A stretch of 64,000 bases of DNA from the IMG/VR virus record IMGVR_UViG_2791355118_000001, positions 1 to 64,000 of that record; one strand, written 5' to 3'. This stretch comes from a virus (taxonomy: Duplodnaviria; Caudoviricetes). Positions 45,351-55,640 of this stretch are shown here, piece by piece. Under the pieces are notes generated by a model. That model was not told where the DNA came from. It saw only the letters and a list, made by a program, of their open reading frames with translations, and made no database searches. A program made the position numbers and the translations under genes. The stretch's first letter is position 1. Every line of letters starts with the position of its first letter.

Positions 45351-45646
45351 TGGTCGGGGAGAACATAATGCCTATCCACTTAGCTCTTCACGGATAGTAG
45401 TTTGCGGATGCTGCTTGCGAGGGTGCCTGTTCCACAGGCGCTGAGCCAGGCGTGACACCTGGGATCCGCTGCAATCTCGCTATCCGAACTTGATCTTGAT
45501 GATCTTCCACACGCCTACCAGCAGCGCGCTGATCGGCCAGCTAAAGCGTCAGGCCCCCAGTCTGAAAACCTCTCCCGTGCCGCCCTCTCGAGGCAGGGGG
45601 CCGGCATCGGCGACTTGAACCGCTTTCCACCAACCGGAGCAAATCG

Positions 45647-46078
45647 ATGTCCACCACTGTCACCGTCGCCTGCAAGCTGCCGCACGGCCTAATCCTGCGC
45701 CTTCACGAGATGGTCGAGCAGAACGAACCGACCGCCGGCGGCAGCTTCCGCAAGGTGAAACGCGCCCAGGTGATCGGCGAGCCGGTCGTCCTGAAAGGCT
45801 ATCTGCGCCGCTTCGACCGCCGCAAAGAGCCCGCCCCGATGGCGCAAGACAGCGACTACGCCCTGACCTATGGGGTCGATGCCGATTTCTTTAAGAAGTG
45901 GCTCGAGCAGAACAAGGACCTCGACGCGGTCAGGAACAACCTCGTCTGGGCGCACGTCGAGACCGACATGGTCGAGGACTTTATCAAAGAACATGAGGCA
46001 CAGAAGTCGGGTCTCGAACCGATCGATCCGAACAACCTGCCGCGCGGCATCCAGGCCTTCAAGAAGGAAGAAGCCTGA
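45647..46078 (+). CDS. Conserved virion-module hypothetical protein
   Basis: VTVACKLPHGL...ALT..VDADF..KW...SGLEP. Confidence 0.75.
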   Translation: MSTTVTVACKLPHGLILRLHEMVEQNEPTAGGSFRKVKRAQVIGEPVVLKGYLRRFDRRKEPAPMAQDSDYALTYGVDADFFKKWLEQNKDLDAVRNNLVWAHVETDMVEDFIKEHEAQKSGLEPIDPNNLPRGIQAFKKEEA

Positions 46079-46111
46079 GCCAGGTGACGCCGGCGAACAC
46101 GGGAGGTCCGC

Positions 46112-46537
46112 ATGGGCGTCATTGTCGCTTTCAGCTATGAGGACTTCATAGCCATCTACCCGCAGTTCGCGACGCTCAGCCAGCCGCAGGTTTTGCAGGG
46201 CGCGCTGCCGGTCGCGGTTCTCTATTGCCGCAATGATGGCGGTGGCCCCGTCACCAAGGCCGAGACGCAGACTACGCTGCTCAATCTCATGGTGGCTCAC
46301 ATCTGCCAGCTCATGTACGGCGCCAACGGTCAGGCGCCGGCCGGGATCGTGGGACGCGTCTCAAATGCTACCGAGGGCAGCGTATCGGTACAGGCCGACT
46401 TCCCCGTAACGCCAAACAACGCCTGGTTCATGCAAACCCCATTCGGCGCGGCCTACCGGCAGGCCACTGCCGCCTACCGGACCATGCGCTACATGCCCGG
46501 GCCGCGCCGCGCGTTCAACCCGTGGCTCAATCAGTAA
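46112..46537 (+). CDS. Head-tail adaptor (DUF4054-type)
   Basis: F...YPQF, AHI, VGRVS.ATEGSVSV, W..QTPFGA.Y. Confidence 0.85.
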   Translation: MGVIVAFSYEDFIAIYPQFATLSQPQVLQGALPVAVLYCRNDGGGPVTKAETQTTLLNLMVAHICQLMYGANGQAPAGIVGRVSNATEGSVSVQADFPVTPNNAWFMQTPFGAAYRQATAAYRTMRYMPGPRRAFNPWLNQ

Positions 46538-46549
46538 AGGACATCGTCC

Positions 46550-46921
46550 ATGGACCTCCTCCAGCAATTGCAGCGCGAGTTCCGCGCCTTCCGCAAGCAC
46601 GCCGAAGATCGCATCCAGACCCTTGAGCGCAGCCTGCGCCTCGCTTCCCAGGCACCTCTTGTGGATCCGCCGGAGAGGCCCGCCACCTCCACGGCGGCCG
46701 CAGATTGCGCGCCCGGCGCGACCGGCGCGACCGCGACCACTGGTGCCACCGGCGCCACCGGCGCGGCGGTTGAAAGCGGAGCGACGGGTTCCGCGGCCGA
46801 CGCCGGCGCGACTGGTGTCACCGGAGCGACCGGCCCCGCCGATCCCGCCGTTGATGCGAAGGGAAAGGCAAAGGCGAAAGCCGCCGATCAGCCCGCCGAT
46901 CAGAGCGCACCTGGCGCGTAA
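46550..46921 (+). CDS. Small protein with coiled coil and collagen-like G-A-T triplets
   Basis: GATGAT...GATGATGAA...GATGVTGATGPA. Confidence 0.6.
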   Translation: MDLLQQLQREFRAFRKHAEDRIQTLERSLRLASQAPLVDPPERPATSTAAADCAPGATGATATTGATGATGAAVESGATGSAADAGATGVTGATGPADPAVDAKGKAKAKAADQPADQSAPGA

Positions 46922-46925
46922 AGCG

Positions 46926-47369
46926 ATGGTGAAGCTTTCCGGCGGCGATAAGCTCGCCGCGAAGCTGGCCGAGATCGCGAAGAACCTCCAGAAAGCCGTG
47001 TCGGTCGACGTCGGCTTCCTGGAGGGCGCGACCTATCCTGACGGCACCTCCGTCCCGCTAGTTGCAGCGCTGAATGAATTTGGCACCCGCGACACGCCGC
47101 CCCGCCCGTTCTTCAGGGGCATGATCGCGGACAAGAGCCCCGAATGGCCCGACGCCGTGAGGGACCTCCTGGCCGCGAACGGCTACGACGCCGAAAAGAC
47201 GCTGGGCCAGACGGGCGAGGCCATCAAGGGCCAGTTGCAGGCGGCGATCACCGCCTATGACGGCCCGCCGCTGCAGCCCGCCACCATCGCCCGCAAGGGC
47301 AACGACAAGCAGCTCGTCGACACCGGCCACATGCTGGCGTCGGTCGACTATGCCGTCAAGAAATCCTGA
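46926..47369 (+). CDS. Neck/tail completion protein
   Basis: VGFLEGATYPDG, NEFG, PPRPFFR, LVDTG.M. Confidence 0.8.
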   Translation: MVKLSGGDKLAAKLAEIAKNLQKAVSVDVGFLEGATYPDGTSVPLVAALNEFGTRDTPPRPFFRGMIADKSPEWPDAVRDLLAANGYDAEKTLGQTGEAIKGQLQAAITAYDGPPLQPATIARKGNDKQLVDTGHMLASVDYAVKKS

Positions 47370-47386
47370 ACCCGGAGACCACCACG

Positions 47387-47968
47387 ATGAGGGCCGTCCT
47401 TTTTTCGAGCAACCTCGGCGACATTCCAGCCGACCTTGCATTCAAGAACAACTTCGCGGCCGTGACCGATCCAGCCGCCGCTAACGACTCGAGCGAGGGT
47501 TATCAGGTCGGTTCGGCCTGGGTGAACACCGCGACCGACACCGCGTTTGTCTGCGTCGATGCGACCCCTGGCGCGGCCATCTGGACGGCCACCGCACAGG
47601 TCGGCAGCACGCAGGGCGCCCCGGCAGCGCACACCGTCTCCGGCACGCTCACGCCCGCCGATCTGCTCACGCGCATCATCACCATCCAGCAGGGCGCCGG
47701 CGCTGCCTCAGTGCAGCAGCTCCCGACCGGTGCAGCGCTCCAGGCAGCGCTGCCGGCCGACTTTGAGGCCAACGAATCCTTCGACGTCTCGGTGATCAAC
47801 ACCTCCATCGTCGATGCCGAGGATGCCACCATCACCACCAACGCCGGCATGACGCTGGTCGGTTCGATGGACTTCCCGGCGCATAGCAGCGCCACGATCC
47901 CGTCGAGCGGCATCCTGCGCTTCCGCAACACGGGCGCCGGCACCTTCACGGTCTACCGCGTCGGCTGA
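47387..47968 (+). CDS. Putative structural protein
   Basis: P...ND...GY.VGS.W.NT...F.C.DA..GAA.W motif typical of virion appendages. Confidence 0.65.
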   Translation: MRAVLFSSNLGDIPADLAFKNNFAAVTDPAAANDSSEGYQVGSAWVNTATDTAFVCVDATPGAAIWTATAQVGSTQGAPAAHTVSGTLTPADLLTRIITIQQGAGAASVQQLPTGAALQAALPADFEANESFDVSVINTSIVDAEDATITTNAGMTLVGSMDFPAHSSATIPSSGILRFRNTGAGTFTVYRVG

Positions 47969-47974
47969 TCGACC

Positions 47975-48367
47975 ATGAACCTGCACGGGATCGTCTCGGC
48001 GGCGATCGGGACGGTGAACCCGTTCGTGACCGCCACGCTGAAACGGTCCAGCGGCTACACCACGGCGGCCGACGGCACGCGCACCCCGAGCTTTGTCGAC
48101 GTGCCCGGCGTCTCTCTGCAGGCGCAGTCGCTTACCTACAACGATCTGCAGCTGCTCGACGGGCTCAACATTCAGGGCGTGCGCCGCGCCGTCTACCTCA
48201 ACGGTTCGGCCCTCGGCGTGGTGCGAGAGCTGCAAGTCGGCGGCGATCTCTTTGTCTTCCCCGCCGGCACTTTCCCGGAAGGCGACACCTGGCTCGTAGC
48301 ACTCGTGCTCGAGTCGTGGCCCGACTGGTGCAAGTGCGCCCTGACCCTGCAAATGGATGGAGCCTGA
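47975..48367 (+). CDS. Head closure / head-tail joining protein
   Basis: MNLHGIV..AI..VNP...GGD...WLV..VLE.WPDW. Confidence 0.75.
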   Translation: MNLHGIVSAAIGTVNPFVTATLKRSSGYTTAADGTRTPSFVDVPGVSLQAQSLTYNDLQLLDGLNIQGVRRAVYLNGSALGVVRELQVGGDLFVFPAGTFPEGDTWLVALVLESWPDWCKCALTLQMDGA

Positions 48368-48368
48368 T

Positions 48369-48641
48369 ATGGCGAACGGAACCTTCATGGTGCCATGCCC
48401 CGCCGGCCAGTGGACTAAGGTCGCCGACGGGGCCAACTATTCATCGGCGCTGTTGCAGGTGACCAGCATAGGCGGCGTGATGGCAGCGATCGCCGACAGC
48501 CAGCCGGCGGCGGATGCCTCGAATTGCGTCCTGCTCTCCCAGAGCTTCGTTCCGTTCCCGCTCGCGGCCGGCGACCAGGTGTGGTGCCAGCCGGTCGGCG
48601 CCGGCGAGGCCACGGTGCGCGGGATCGGCACCAGCGTCTGA
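48369..48641 (+). CDS. Hypothetical virion protein
   Basis: Beta-rich ORF coupled within the operon. Confidence 0.6.
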   Translation: MANGTFMVPCPAGQWTKVADGANYSSALLQVTSIGGVMAAIADSQPAADASNCVLLSQSFVPFPLAAGDQVWCQPVGAGEATVRGIGTSV

Positions 48642-49372
48642 TGAGCGGCCCGGTCCCCAGCCAGTCTGGCATCCAGACGGTCCTGCGCGGCTTTCTGCTG
48701 CAATACCTGCCTGCCGGCGTCGAAGTGATATCGGCGCAAGACGACCGGGTCCCGGAGCCGGCTGGCGATTTCGTCACAATGACCGTGAGCCATCGCGGTC
48801 GCCTCTCGACCAACGTCGACACCTATCAGGACTGCGCCTTTGAGGCCTCGATCGCGGATACGGTGATGACCGTCACTCAGGTCGCGTTCGGCGCGCTGCT
48901 GGTGGGGGCGACCGTCTTCGGAACACAGGTGACTGCCGGCACGCTCGTCAGCGAGCAGACGAGCGGCACGCCGGGCGGCATTGGATCCTACACGGTCACG
49001 CCGGCGCAGACCGTGGCGGCGCAGACGCTCTCGAGCGGCGCCGAGACCATCACGCAGCCGACCGACGTCGTCATCCAGCTCGACGTGCACAGCGCCTCGG
49101 ATGGCAGCGCTTCCGACATGGCGCAGACGATCGCCACGCTGATCCGCGATGAGCGGGCGACACGATACTTCGCCGACGCCGGCCTGGATGGCGCGCCGCT
49201 CTATGCCGACGATCCCAAGCAGGTCCCGTTCTTCAACGGCGAGCAGCAATACGAGACCCGCTATGTCGTCGACGTGCATCTGCAGGCCAACCAGGCAATC
49301 GGCCTGCCACAGCAATTCGCCGACCAGGCCGTGGTCGACGTCGCCAACGTCGAAGCGACCTTCCCGGCCTGA
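48641..49372 (+). CDS. Tail/neck terminator protein with an inserted repeat module
   Basis: Q.DRVPEP...VIQLDVH...[19 protein letters not shown]; precedes sheath. Confidence 0.75.
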   Translation: MSGPVPSQSGIQTVLRGFLLQYLPAGVEVISAQDDRVPEPAGDFVTMTVSHRGRLSTNVDTYQDCAFEASIADTVMTVTQVAFGALLVGATVFGTQVTAGTLVSEQTSGTPGGIGSYTVTPAQTVAAQTLSSGAETITQPTDVVIQLDVHSASDGSASDMAQTIATLIRDERATRYFADAGLDGAPLYADDPKQVPFFNGEQQYETRYVVDVHLQANQAIGLPQQFADQAVVDVANVEATFPA

Positions 49373-49403
49373 CCCCTCAATCGAAACAGAAAGGACCTGG
49401 TCC

Positions 49404-51362
49404 ATGACGACCATTCCGGCCTCGCAGCTTGTGAACGTCATCCCGAACGTTCTCAACGCCGGCGGCAAGGCGCTCGTGATGAACGGCCTCGTGCTGACCC
49501 AAAACACCCGCGTCCCGATTGGGCAGGTGCTGTCGTTCCCGAACGACGGCAAGTCGGTCTCGAACTTCTTCGGCGCATCGGCCGAGGAGACCGAGATCGC
49601 GGCCGTCTATTTCAACGGCTTCAACAACTCGACGCAGAAGCCCGCGACCATCCTCTTCACGCAGTATCCCTCGGCGGCGGTCGCGGCCTATCTGAGGGGC
49701 GGCAAGGCCAATCAGCTTTCGCTGGCGCAGCTCCAGGCTTTGAGCGGCACGCTCTCGGTTGATGTCGACGGCTATGTGCGCACCGCGAACGCGATCGACC
49801 TTTCGAGCGCGAACAGCTTCTCGGCCGCCGCGGCGCTGATCCAGACCGACCTGAATGCCAGCTTGCCGCAAGCCGCATCCGTGACTGGCGCAATCGCCGC
49901 CACGACGGCCTCGGTGACTGCGTCCATCGCCGGCAGCGTCATGTACGTGACCGGCGTCACGTCGGGCGTGCTGGTCGCTGGCGCTGCGCTTTCCGGCTCT
50001 GGCGTCTCGGCCGGAACGCAGATCACGACCCAGCTGTCGGGCACGCCGGGCGGCATTGGCGAGTATGCGGTGTCGATCGAGCAGGTGGTGCCGAGCGGGG
50101 CGATCACGGCGACCTATGGTACGCTCACGGTCAGCGCCGTCGCGTCCGGCACCCTGGCAGTCGGCCAGACGCTGGCCGGGGTCGGCGTGACAGCCGGCAC
50201 GCACATCACGCAGCTTGGCACCGGCGAGGGCCTGGCCGGCACATACTTCGTCGACCAGACACAGACTGTGGCGAGCGAGACCATCACGGCCGCGCCCACG
50301 CCGCTGGAGGTCTCCTACGACTCGGTCGCCGGCCGCTTCGTCATCACCTCTGGCGTTGCCGGCGCGGCCTCTTCCGCTGCCTTCGCCACCGGTTCGGTTT
50401 CGGACGGTCTCTTCCTGACGCAGGCTACCGGCGCGACCCTCTCCCAGGGCGCCGATGGAACGACGCCTGCCGCTTTCATGGCCGGGATCACCCAGATCAC
50501 CCAGAATTGGGCGACCTTCATGACGATCTTCGATCCCGATGGCGGTTCGGGCAACGCGCAGAAGCTGGCTTTCGCCGAATGGGTCAACAACACCAACAAG
50601 CGCTTCGCCTATATCGCATGGGACACGGACATCACGCCGACCGAGGGCAACGATGCGACGTCCAGCTTCGGCAACATCCTCAAGAGCGCCAATCTCGACG
50701 GCACCTGCGCGATCTACCAGCCTGCCGGTGGCATGACGACGCCCGAGCAGATCGCCGCCTTCATCTGCGGCGCGGCGGCCTCGATCGACTTTCAGCAGAC
50801 CAACGGCCGCATCACCTTCGCATTCCGAGGGCAGGATGGGCTGGTGGCTGGCGTCACCACGGCGACGGTCGCGAGCAACCTGATCGCCAACGGCTATAAC
50901 TTCTATGGCGCCTACGCGACGGCCGCGCAGCAGTTCCTGGAGTTCCAGAACGGCACGGTGTCGGGCGAGTTCGAATGGCTGGACAGCTACATCAACCAGA
51001 TTTGGCTGAACAACCAGCTCCAGCTTGCCCTCATGGAGCTGCTCCAGAACATCAACTCGGTACCGTACAACGCGGCCGGCTTTGAGCTGATCAAGGCGGC
51101 GTGCCTCGACCCGATCAACCAGGCGCTCAACTTCGGCGCCATCCGCGCCGGCGTGACGCTGTCGGCGCTCCAGATCGCGCAGATCAACTCGGCGGCTGGC
51201 CTCAAGGCGAGCGACACCCTCCAGCTGCAAGGCTGGTATCTCCAGGTGAAGGATGCCACCCCGCAGGTGCGCCAGGCCCGCCAGAGCCCGCCGATCAACT
51301 TCTGGTACATGGATGGCGAGTCCGTCCAGGTGATCGAGCTCACCTCGACCCTCGTCCAGTAA
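49404..51362 (+). CDS. Contractile tail sheath protein (DUF3383-type)
   Basis: [37 protein letters not shown]. Confidence 0.9.
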   Translation: MTTIPASQLVNVIPNVLNAGGKALVMNGLVLTQNTRVPIGQVLSFPNDGKSVSNFFGASAEETEIAAVYFNGFNNSTQKPATILFTQYPSAAVAAYLRGGKANQLSLAQLQALSGTLSVDVDGYVRTANAIDLSSANSFSAAAALIQTDLNASLPQAASVTGAIAATTASVTASIAGSVMYVTGVTSGVLVAGAALSGSGVSAGTQITTQLSGTPGGIGEYAVSIEQVVPSGAITATYGTLTVSAVASGTLAVGQTLAGVGVTAGTHITQLGTGEGLAGTYFVDQTQTVASETITAAPTPLEVSYDSVAGRFVITSGVAGAASSAAFATGSVSDGLFLTQATGATLSQGADGTTPAAFMAGITQITQNWATFMTIFDPDGGSGNAQKLAFAEWVNNTNKRFAYIAWDTDITPTEGNDATSSFGNILKSANLDGTCAIYQPAGGMTTPEQIAAFICGAAASIDFQQTNGRITFAFRGQDGLVAGVTTATVASNLIANGYNFYGAYATAAQQFLEFQNGTVSGEFEWLDSYINQIWLNNQLQLALMELLQNINSVPYNAAGFELIKAACLDPINQALNFGAIRAGVTLSALQIAQINSAAGLKASDTLQLQGWYLQVKDATPQVRQARQSPPINFWYMDGESVQVIELTSTLVQ

Positions 51363-51397
51363 GCGGCAACCCCATTCCCCTTCAAGGAGCTTAGATC

Positions 51398-51829
51398 ATG
51401 TCGTCTCTGACGGCCGCGAACGCGGTCATTACGCTTGCGGTGGCGAACCTCTTCCCGACACCGGTCCAACTGCAAGGCTTCGCGGCCGACAACATCTACG
51501 ACCTGGATAGCGTCGACCAGGTCGAGACCGCCATGGGCGTCGATGGCATCCTGTCGGGTGGCTTCGTCTACAACCCGATCAACCAGACGTTCGTGTTGCA
51601 GGCCGATTCCCCGTCGATCGCCTTCTTCGAGACCTGGGCCGCGACGCAGATCCAGGCGAAGGACGTCTATACCGCGAACGGCAGCACGACCCTGCCGTCG
51701 GTAGGCCGCTCCTACATCTCGACCAAGGGCTTTCTGGTCAGCCTGCCGCCGATGCCAGCAGCCGCCAAGATCCTGCAGCCGCGCCGTTTCGCGATCCGCT
51801 GGCAGAGTGTTCAAAGCGGACCGAACTGA
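51398..51829 (+). CDS. Tail tube protein
   Basis: LQGFAAD, MGVDG.LSGG, LQADSPS; follows sheath. Confidence 0.8.
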   Translation: MSSLTAANAVITLAVANLFPTPVQLQGFAADNIYDLDSVDQVETAMGVDGILSGGFVYNPINQTFVLQADSPSIAFFETWAATQIQAKDVYTANGSTTLPSVGRSYISTKGFLVSLPPMPAAAKILQPRRFAIRWQSVQSGPN

Positions 51830-51838
51830 GGGTAAGTC

Positions 51839-52351
51839 ATGGCGCGTAAAGAGATCGACGTCACGATCCCCGATGAGGGTCGTGATCAGGGCAAGACCTT
51901 TCACATCCGGGAGATGCCGGCGACGCGCGCGGAGAAATGGGCGATGCGCGCTCTGCTCGCCGTGGCGCGCTCCGGCGTCGAACTCCCCGACGACTTCGCC
52001 GGCATGGGCATGCAGGGCATCGCCATCGTGGGCATCCGGGCGATCACCAAGATCGATTTCGAGGATGCCGAGCCGCTGCTCGACGAGATGATGGAATGCG
52101 TCACCATCAAGCCCGATCCCCGCAACCCGGCCATCCAGCGCCCGCTTATCGAGGGTGACGTCGAGGAGATCGCGACGCTGATTCAGCTCCGGCAGGAGGT
52201 CTTCAACCTTCACGTCAGTTTTTTTACAGCCGGCGGCCAGTCGAAATCGATCTCGACACAGTCGCCGGCGTCCGCCTCCTCGAATACGGCAACGTCTCCC
52301 GAGCCATCGGTCAGGTTCTCTCAAAGGGCAAAACCTCGCTCCGCGAGCTAG
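51839..52351 (+). CDS. Tail assembly chaperone (gpG-like)
   Basis: GRD.GK.F.I.EMPA..AE.WA.RA; slippery T7 run at 52219-52225. Confidence 0.8.
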   Translation: MARKEIDVTIPDEGRDQGKTFHIREMPATRAEKWAMRALLAVARSGVELPDDFAGMGMQGIAIVGIRAITKIDFEDAEPLLDEMMECVTIKPDPRNPAIQRPLIEGDVEEIATLIQLRQEVFNLHVSFFTAGGQSKSISTQSPASASSNTATSPEPSVRFSQRAKPRSAS

Positions 52352-52461
52352 ACGAGTGGTTGTCGATCGAGGACGTCCACGACCTTCTCGAGGTGGCGAT
52401 GGTCGACGCCCACAACCTGATGCTGCTGAAAAAGAGGGGCGCCAATGGGCACGATCATTGA
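52219..52461 (+). CDS. -1 frameshift extension of the tail chaperone (gpGT-like)
   Basis: T TTT TTT; the -1 frame stays open YSRRPVEIDL...LRELDEWLSIEDVHDLLEV...DH to TGA 52461. Confidence 0.75.
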   Translation, partial: FFYSRRPVEIDLDTVAGVRLLEYGNVSRAIGQVLSKGKTSLRELDEWLSIEDVHDLLEVAMVDAHNLMLLKKRGANGHDH

Positions 52462-54565
52462 TGAACTGATCGTCCGCCTGAATCTCGATCCAAAGAATTT
52501 TGAAGATGGCCGGAAGAAACAGACCGAGGCCTGGCTAAAGTCGCGCGATGAATTCCGCAAGGGCGGGAAGGAGATCGAGGACAGCTCGAAGAAGGCGGCC
52601 GAGACCGTCAACCTGATCACGCGGCGCGTGCTCGAACTCTTCGCCGTCATCACCGGCAGCCAGGCGCTCAGCGACTTTGTTCGCAAGCTCACCAATGCGG
52701 ATGCCTCGCTGGGCCGCTTCGCGTCGAGCCTTGGGGAATCGCCCCAGCGCATCGCGGCCTGGGAGAATGCGGCCGAACGCTTCGGCGGCTCGGCCGACGC
52801 CACCGCGTCGACCCTGGAGCGCGTCAACAAGCAGCTCTACAACCTCAACAAGAACGGTGAGGCGCTGCCGCGCGAATTCTCGCAATTGCAGGCCTGGACC
52901 GGCATGCGGATCGACCCCAACCATGGGCTCGATCGCTATCTGTCCGATGTCGCGGCGGCTTTGCAGAGGTTGCACCAGATCGACGCCGGTGCGGCTCACA
53001 ATGTCGCGCAGGCGCTGGGGATAGACCCGGCGACCGAACAGCTCATGTACAAGATGGGCGCCGGCATCGACGTCTATCTGGGGAAACTGGAGAAGAGCCT
53101 TTCGCCCAGCAATGAGGCGATCAAGGCGGCGCAAAAGCTCCAGGCTAGCTGGAACGAATTGCTCCAGCACATCATCGCACTCGCCAACGCCATCTATGAC
53201 AAGCTCGGCCCGGTCTTGGTCGACGCGGCCGACAGGATGACGACCTGGATCGAAAAGAACCAGGACTGGATCCGGACCGGCATTGTCGACGCGGTGAAGA
53301 AATTCATCGACTGGCTCGAAAGGATCGACTGGAACGCCGTCGAGACGGGCATGCAGAATTTCGCGCACGGCGCGAAAGAGGTGGTCGACGGGGTCGGCGG
53401 CATTGTCCATGCCACCGAGATCCTGTTCGGCCTGTGGCTCGGCGCAAAGTTTCTCCGGGTTCTTGCCAATATGCGCATGCTCGCGGCGGGAGGAGCAGGT
53501 GGCGGTGTCGCCGCAGGCGGTGCTCGCGCGGGCCTGGGGTTCCTCGGCACGATTTCGACGGGCGTTGGAATGCTTCTTGCCGGCGCGGCCGCGATCAAAT
53601 GGGGCGGGTCGCACCTGCGCTCCGATCCTCACGCTGCCGATCACGGCACGATCGGCAATTGGCTCATGGCGCATCTGCGCAGAGGGCCTGGAAGCCATCC
53701 CGGTAAGGATGCCGACGACAAGATCGCCGTCGACGGCAAGCCGATCTCGAGGAGCAATCCGGTTCCGGTCACGATGGCCGAGCAAAGCAACTCTGGCGGC
53801 GGCTTCTGGAGCAACCTCCTCAGTGGCATCGGCGCTGCGTTCGGCGGCGGCAGCGCATCGTCCAAGGCCGGCGGCCTTGTCGGCGGCATGGTGGGCGGCA
53901 CCGGTTCTACTGGCCCCCAGCACGCCTCTGGTGGCACCCGGGGCTGGTGGACGCCCGAACGGCAATCGCAGGCTTACCAGACCCTCACGGGCGGCGGCCT
54001 ATCAGATGCCGGCGCGCGCGGCCTCATCTCGCGCTGGATGAATGTCGAGGCGGCCGGCGGTCCCTCGACCGTCAACGGCATCGGCGCGTCTGGTGTGGCG
54101 CAATGGCTGGGCTCGCGAAAGGCGCGCCTCATGGCCTTCGCGAAGGCGCGCGGCAAAGACTGGAACGATGCCGACACGCAGTATCAGTTCGCTCTGTCCG
54201 AACTGAACGGCCCCGATAGCCGGGCCGGCAGCATGCTGCGCAATGCCAAGACCGACGCGCAGGGCGCTACCGGTGCATCGATGTTCGAGCGCGCCGAGGG
54301 CTACAATGCCTGGAACGGCATGGACAACTACACCGGCCGAACCTATCGGGGCATGAAGGCGATCAACACCGGCGCCGCGTCGGCAGCGCTGTCGAACATC
54401 TCCAGCACGCACACGGCCACGACGTCGACCAGCTCGGTCGAGGCCCATATCGGCAAGGTCGAGGTTCACAGCCAGGCCACCGATGCCAACGGCGTTGCGG
54501 CCGACATCAATGACGCGCTCAGCCGGCGTCTCTTCACCGCGCAGGCAAATAGTGGATTGGCGTGA
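52445..54565 (+). CDS. Tape measure protein with C-terminal phage-tail lysozyme-like domain
   Basis: Long helical N-terminal part; VE.AGG...GVAQW.GSR...L...Q..F...EL...FER. Confidence 0.88.
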   Translation: MGTIIDELIVRLNLDPKNFEDGRKKQTEAWLKSRDEFRKGGKEIEDSSKKAAETVNLITRRVLELFAVITGSQALSDFVRKLTNADASLGRFASSLGESPQRIAAWENAAERFGGSADATASTLERVNKQLYNLNKNGEALPREFSQLQAWTGMRIDPNHGLDRYLSDVAAALQRLHQIDAGAAHNVAQALGIDPATEQLMYKMGAGIDVYLGKLEKSLSPSNEAIKAAQKLQASWNELLQHIIALANAIYDKLGPVLVDAADRMTTWIEKNQDWIRTGIVDAVKKFIDWLERIDWNAVETGMQNFAHGAKEVVDGVGGIVHATEILFGLWLGAKFLRVLANMRMLAAGGAGGGVAAGGARAGLGFLGTISTGVGMLLAGAAAIKWGGSHLRSDPHAADHGTIGNWLMAHLRRGPGSHPGKDADDKIAVDGKPISRSNPVPVTMAEQSNSGGGFWSNLLSGIGAAFGGGSASSKAGGLVGGMVGGTGSTGPQHASGGTRGWWTPERQSQAYQTLTGGGLSDAGARGLISRWMNVEAAGGPSTVNGIGASGVAQWLGSRKARLMAFAKARGKDWNDADTQYQFALSELNGPDSRAGSMLRNAKTDAQGATGASMFERAEGYNAWNGMDNYTGRTYRGMKAINTGAASAALSNISSTHTATTSTSSVEAHIGKVEVHSQATDANGVAADINDALSRRLFTAQANSGLA

Positions 54566-55140
54566 TGGCCGGCATTCTTGAACTTCTGACCCAGGATGCC
54601 TTCGGGTTGCTGTCGAACGCGTTCGGCCTGCAACCCTGGGGCATCTACTTCGGCGGTGTGCCGGTGATCATCGCCGATAACATCGTGGAGGTGCAGTATC
54701 GCCAGCAATGGTCGATCTCTGACTTCCCGGTCGAGCAGGGGGCCTTTCAGAGCTACGACAAGGTCCAGGTACCCTACGATGCTCGGCTCCGCTTCACCGC
54801 CGGCGGATCGGCCGCAAACCGCGCCGCGATGCTGGCGTCGATCGCGGCCGTCGCCGGCGACACCAACCTCTATGACGTGGTGACGCCGGAGGCGGTCTAC
54901 CTCTCCTGCAACATCACCCACTACGACTATAGCCGGCGCTCGAATGAGGGGATGGGGCTTCTGTCGGTCGATATCTGGCTGATCGAAGTGCGCCAGGCCG
55001 TCAGTGCCGCCATGTCGAACACCCAGGATCCGAGCGGCGCTTCTCAGATTAACGGCGGCACTGTCCAGACCGCGCCGGCGAGCAGCGCGCAGCTCGCGCA
55101 ATTCCAGACATCGTCTGGGCTGCCGGCCGGAGGCTTCTGA
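54562..55140 (+). CDS. Baseplate (Dit-like) protein
   Basis: ISDFPVEQGAFQSYDKV..P...LYDVVTPE. Confidence 0.75.
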   Translation: MMAGILELLTQDAFGLLSNAFGLQPWGIYFGGVPVIIADNIVEVQYRQQWSISDFPVEQGAFQSYDKVQVPYDARLRFTAGGSAANRAAMLASIAAVAGDTNLYDVVTPEAVYLSCNITHYDYSRRSNEGMGLLSVDIWLIEVRQAVSAAMSNTQDPSGASQINGGTVQTAPASSAQLAQFQTSSGLPAGGF

Positions 55141-55448
55141 TGGTCATCATCCCACTGCAGGCGGTGCCAAACCAGGCGGTCGGCGTGACGCTGGACGGTC
55201 AGGTCTCGCAGATCAGCCTCTACCAGAAGAACCCCGGCCTGTTCATCGACCTCTATGTCGACAACGTGCTCGTGATAGGCGGCGTGATCTGCCAGAACCT
55301 CAACCGGATCGTCCGGTCGCTTTACCTTGGCTTCTCTGGCGATCTCATCTTCATCGACAACCAGGGCGACACCGACCCGTACTATACCGGGCTGGGCACG
55401 CGCTACAGCCTCGCCTATGTGTCGGCGAGCGAGCTTCCGGCGCGCTAG
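55140..55448 (+). CDS. Small baseplate protein
   Basis: IPLQAVPNQ...YLGF.GDL.F.D.QG..DP...GLG.RY.L.Y. Confidence 0.75.
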   Translation: MVIIPLQAVPNQAVGVTLDGQVSQISLYQKNPGLFIDLYVDNVLVIGGVICQNLNRIVRSLYLGFSGDLIFIDNQGDTDPYYTGLGTRYSLAYVSASELPAR

Positions 55449-55640
55449 GAAATCAGTGGATTTTAATCAAATGAGGTATCGAGGTGTGGATGCTAATTTA
55501 GGCTCGCCCTCAGCCGGCTCTGTCCCCTACACCGAGAGCCGGTCAGGCCCGGCAGTTCGACCGAACGCACCCCAACGCGGAACTGTCGGGCCGCTGCTTC
55601 TAGCCCACGCCCGCTCCGATCGGCGAAATGATCTGTGGGC

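Noticed and set aside
33701-53965. Long antisense ORFs (e.g. 33701-35236, 39149-40957, 49377-51230, 52535-53965)
   Set aside because: Shadows of high-GC coding strands with no recognisable motifs.
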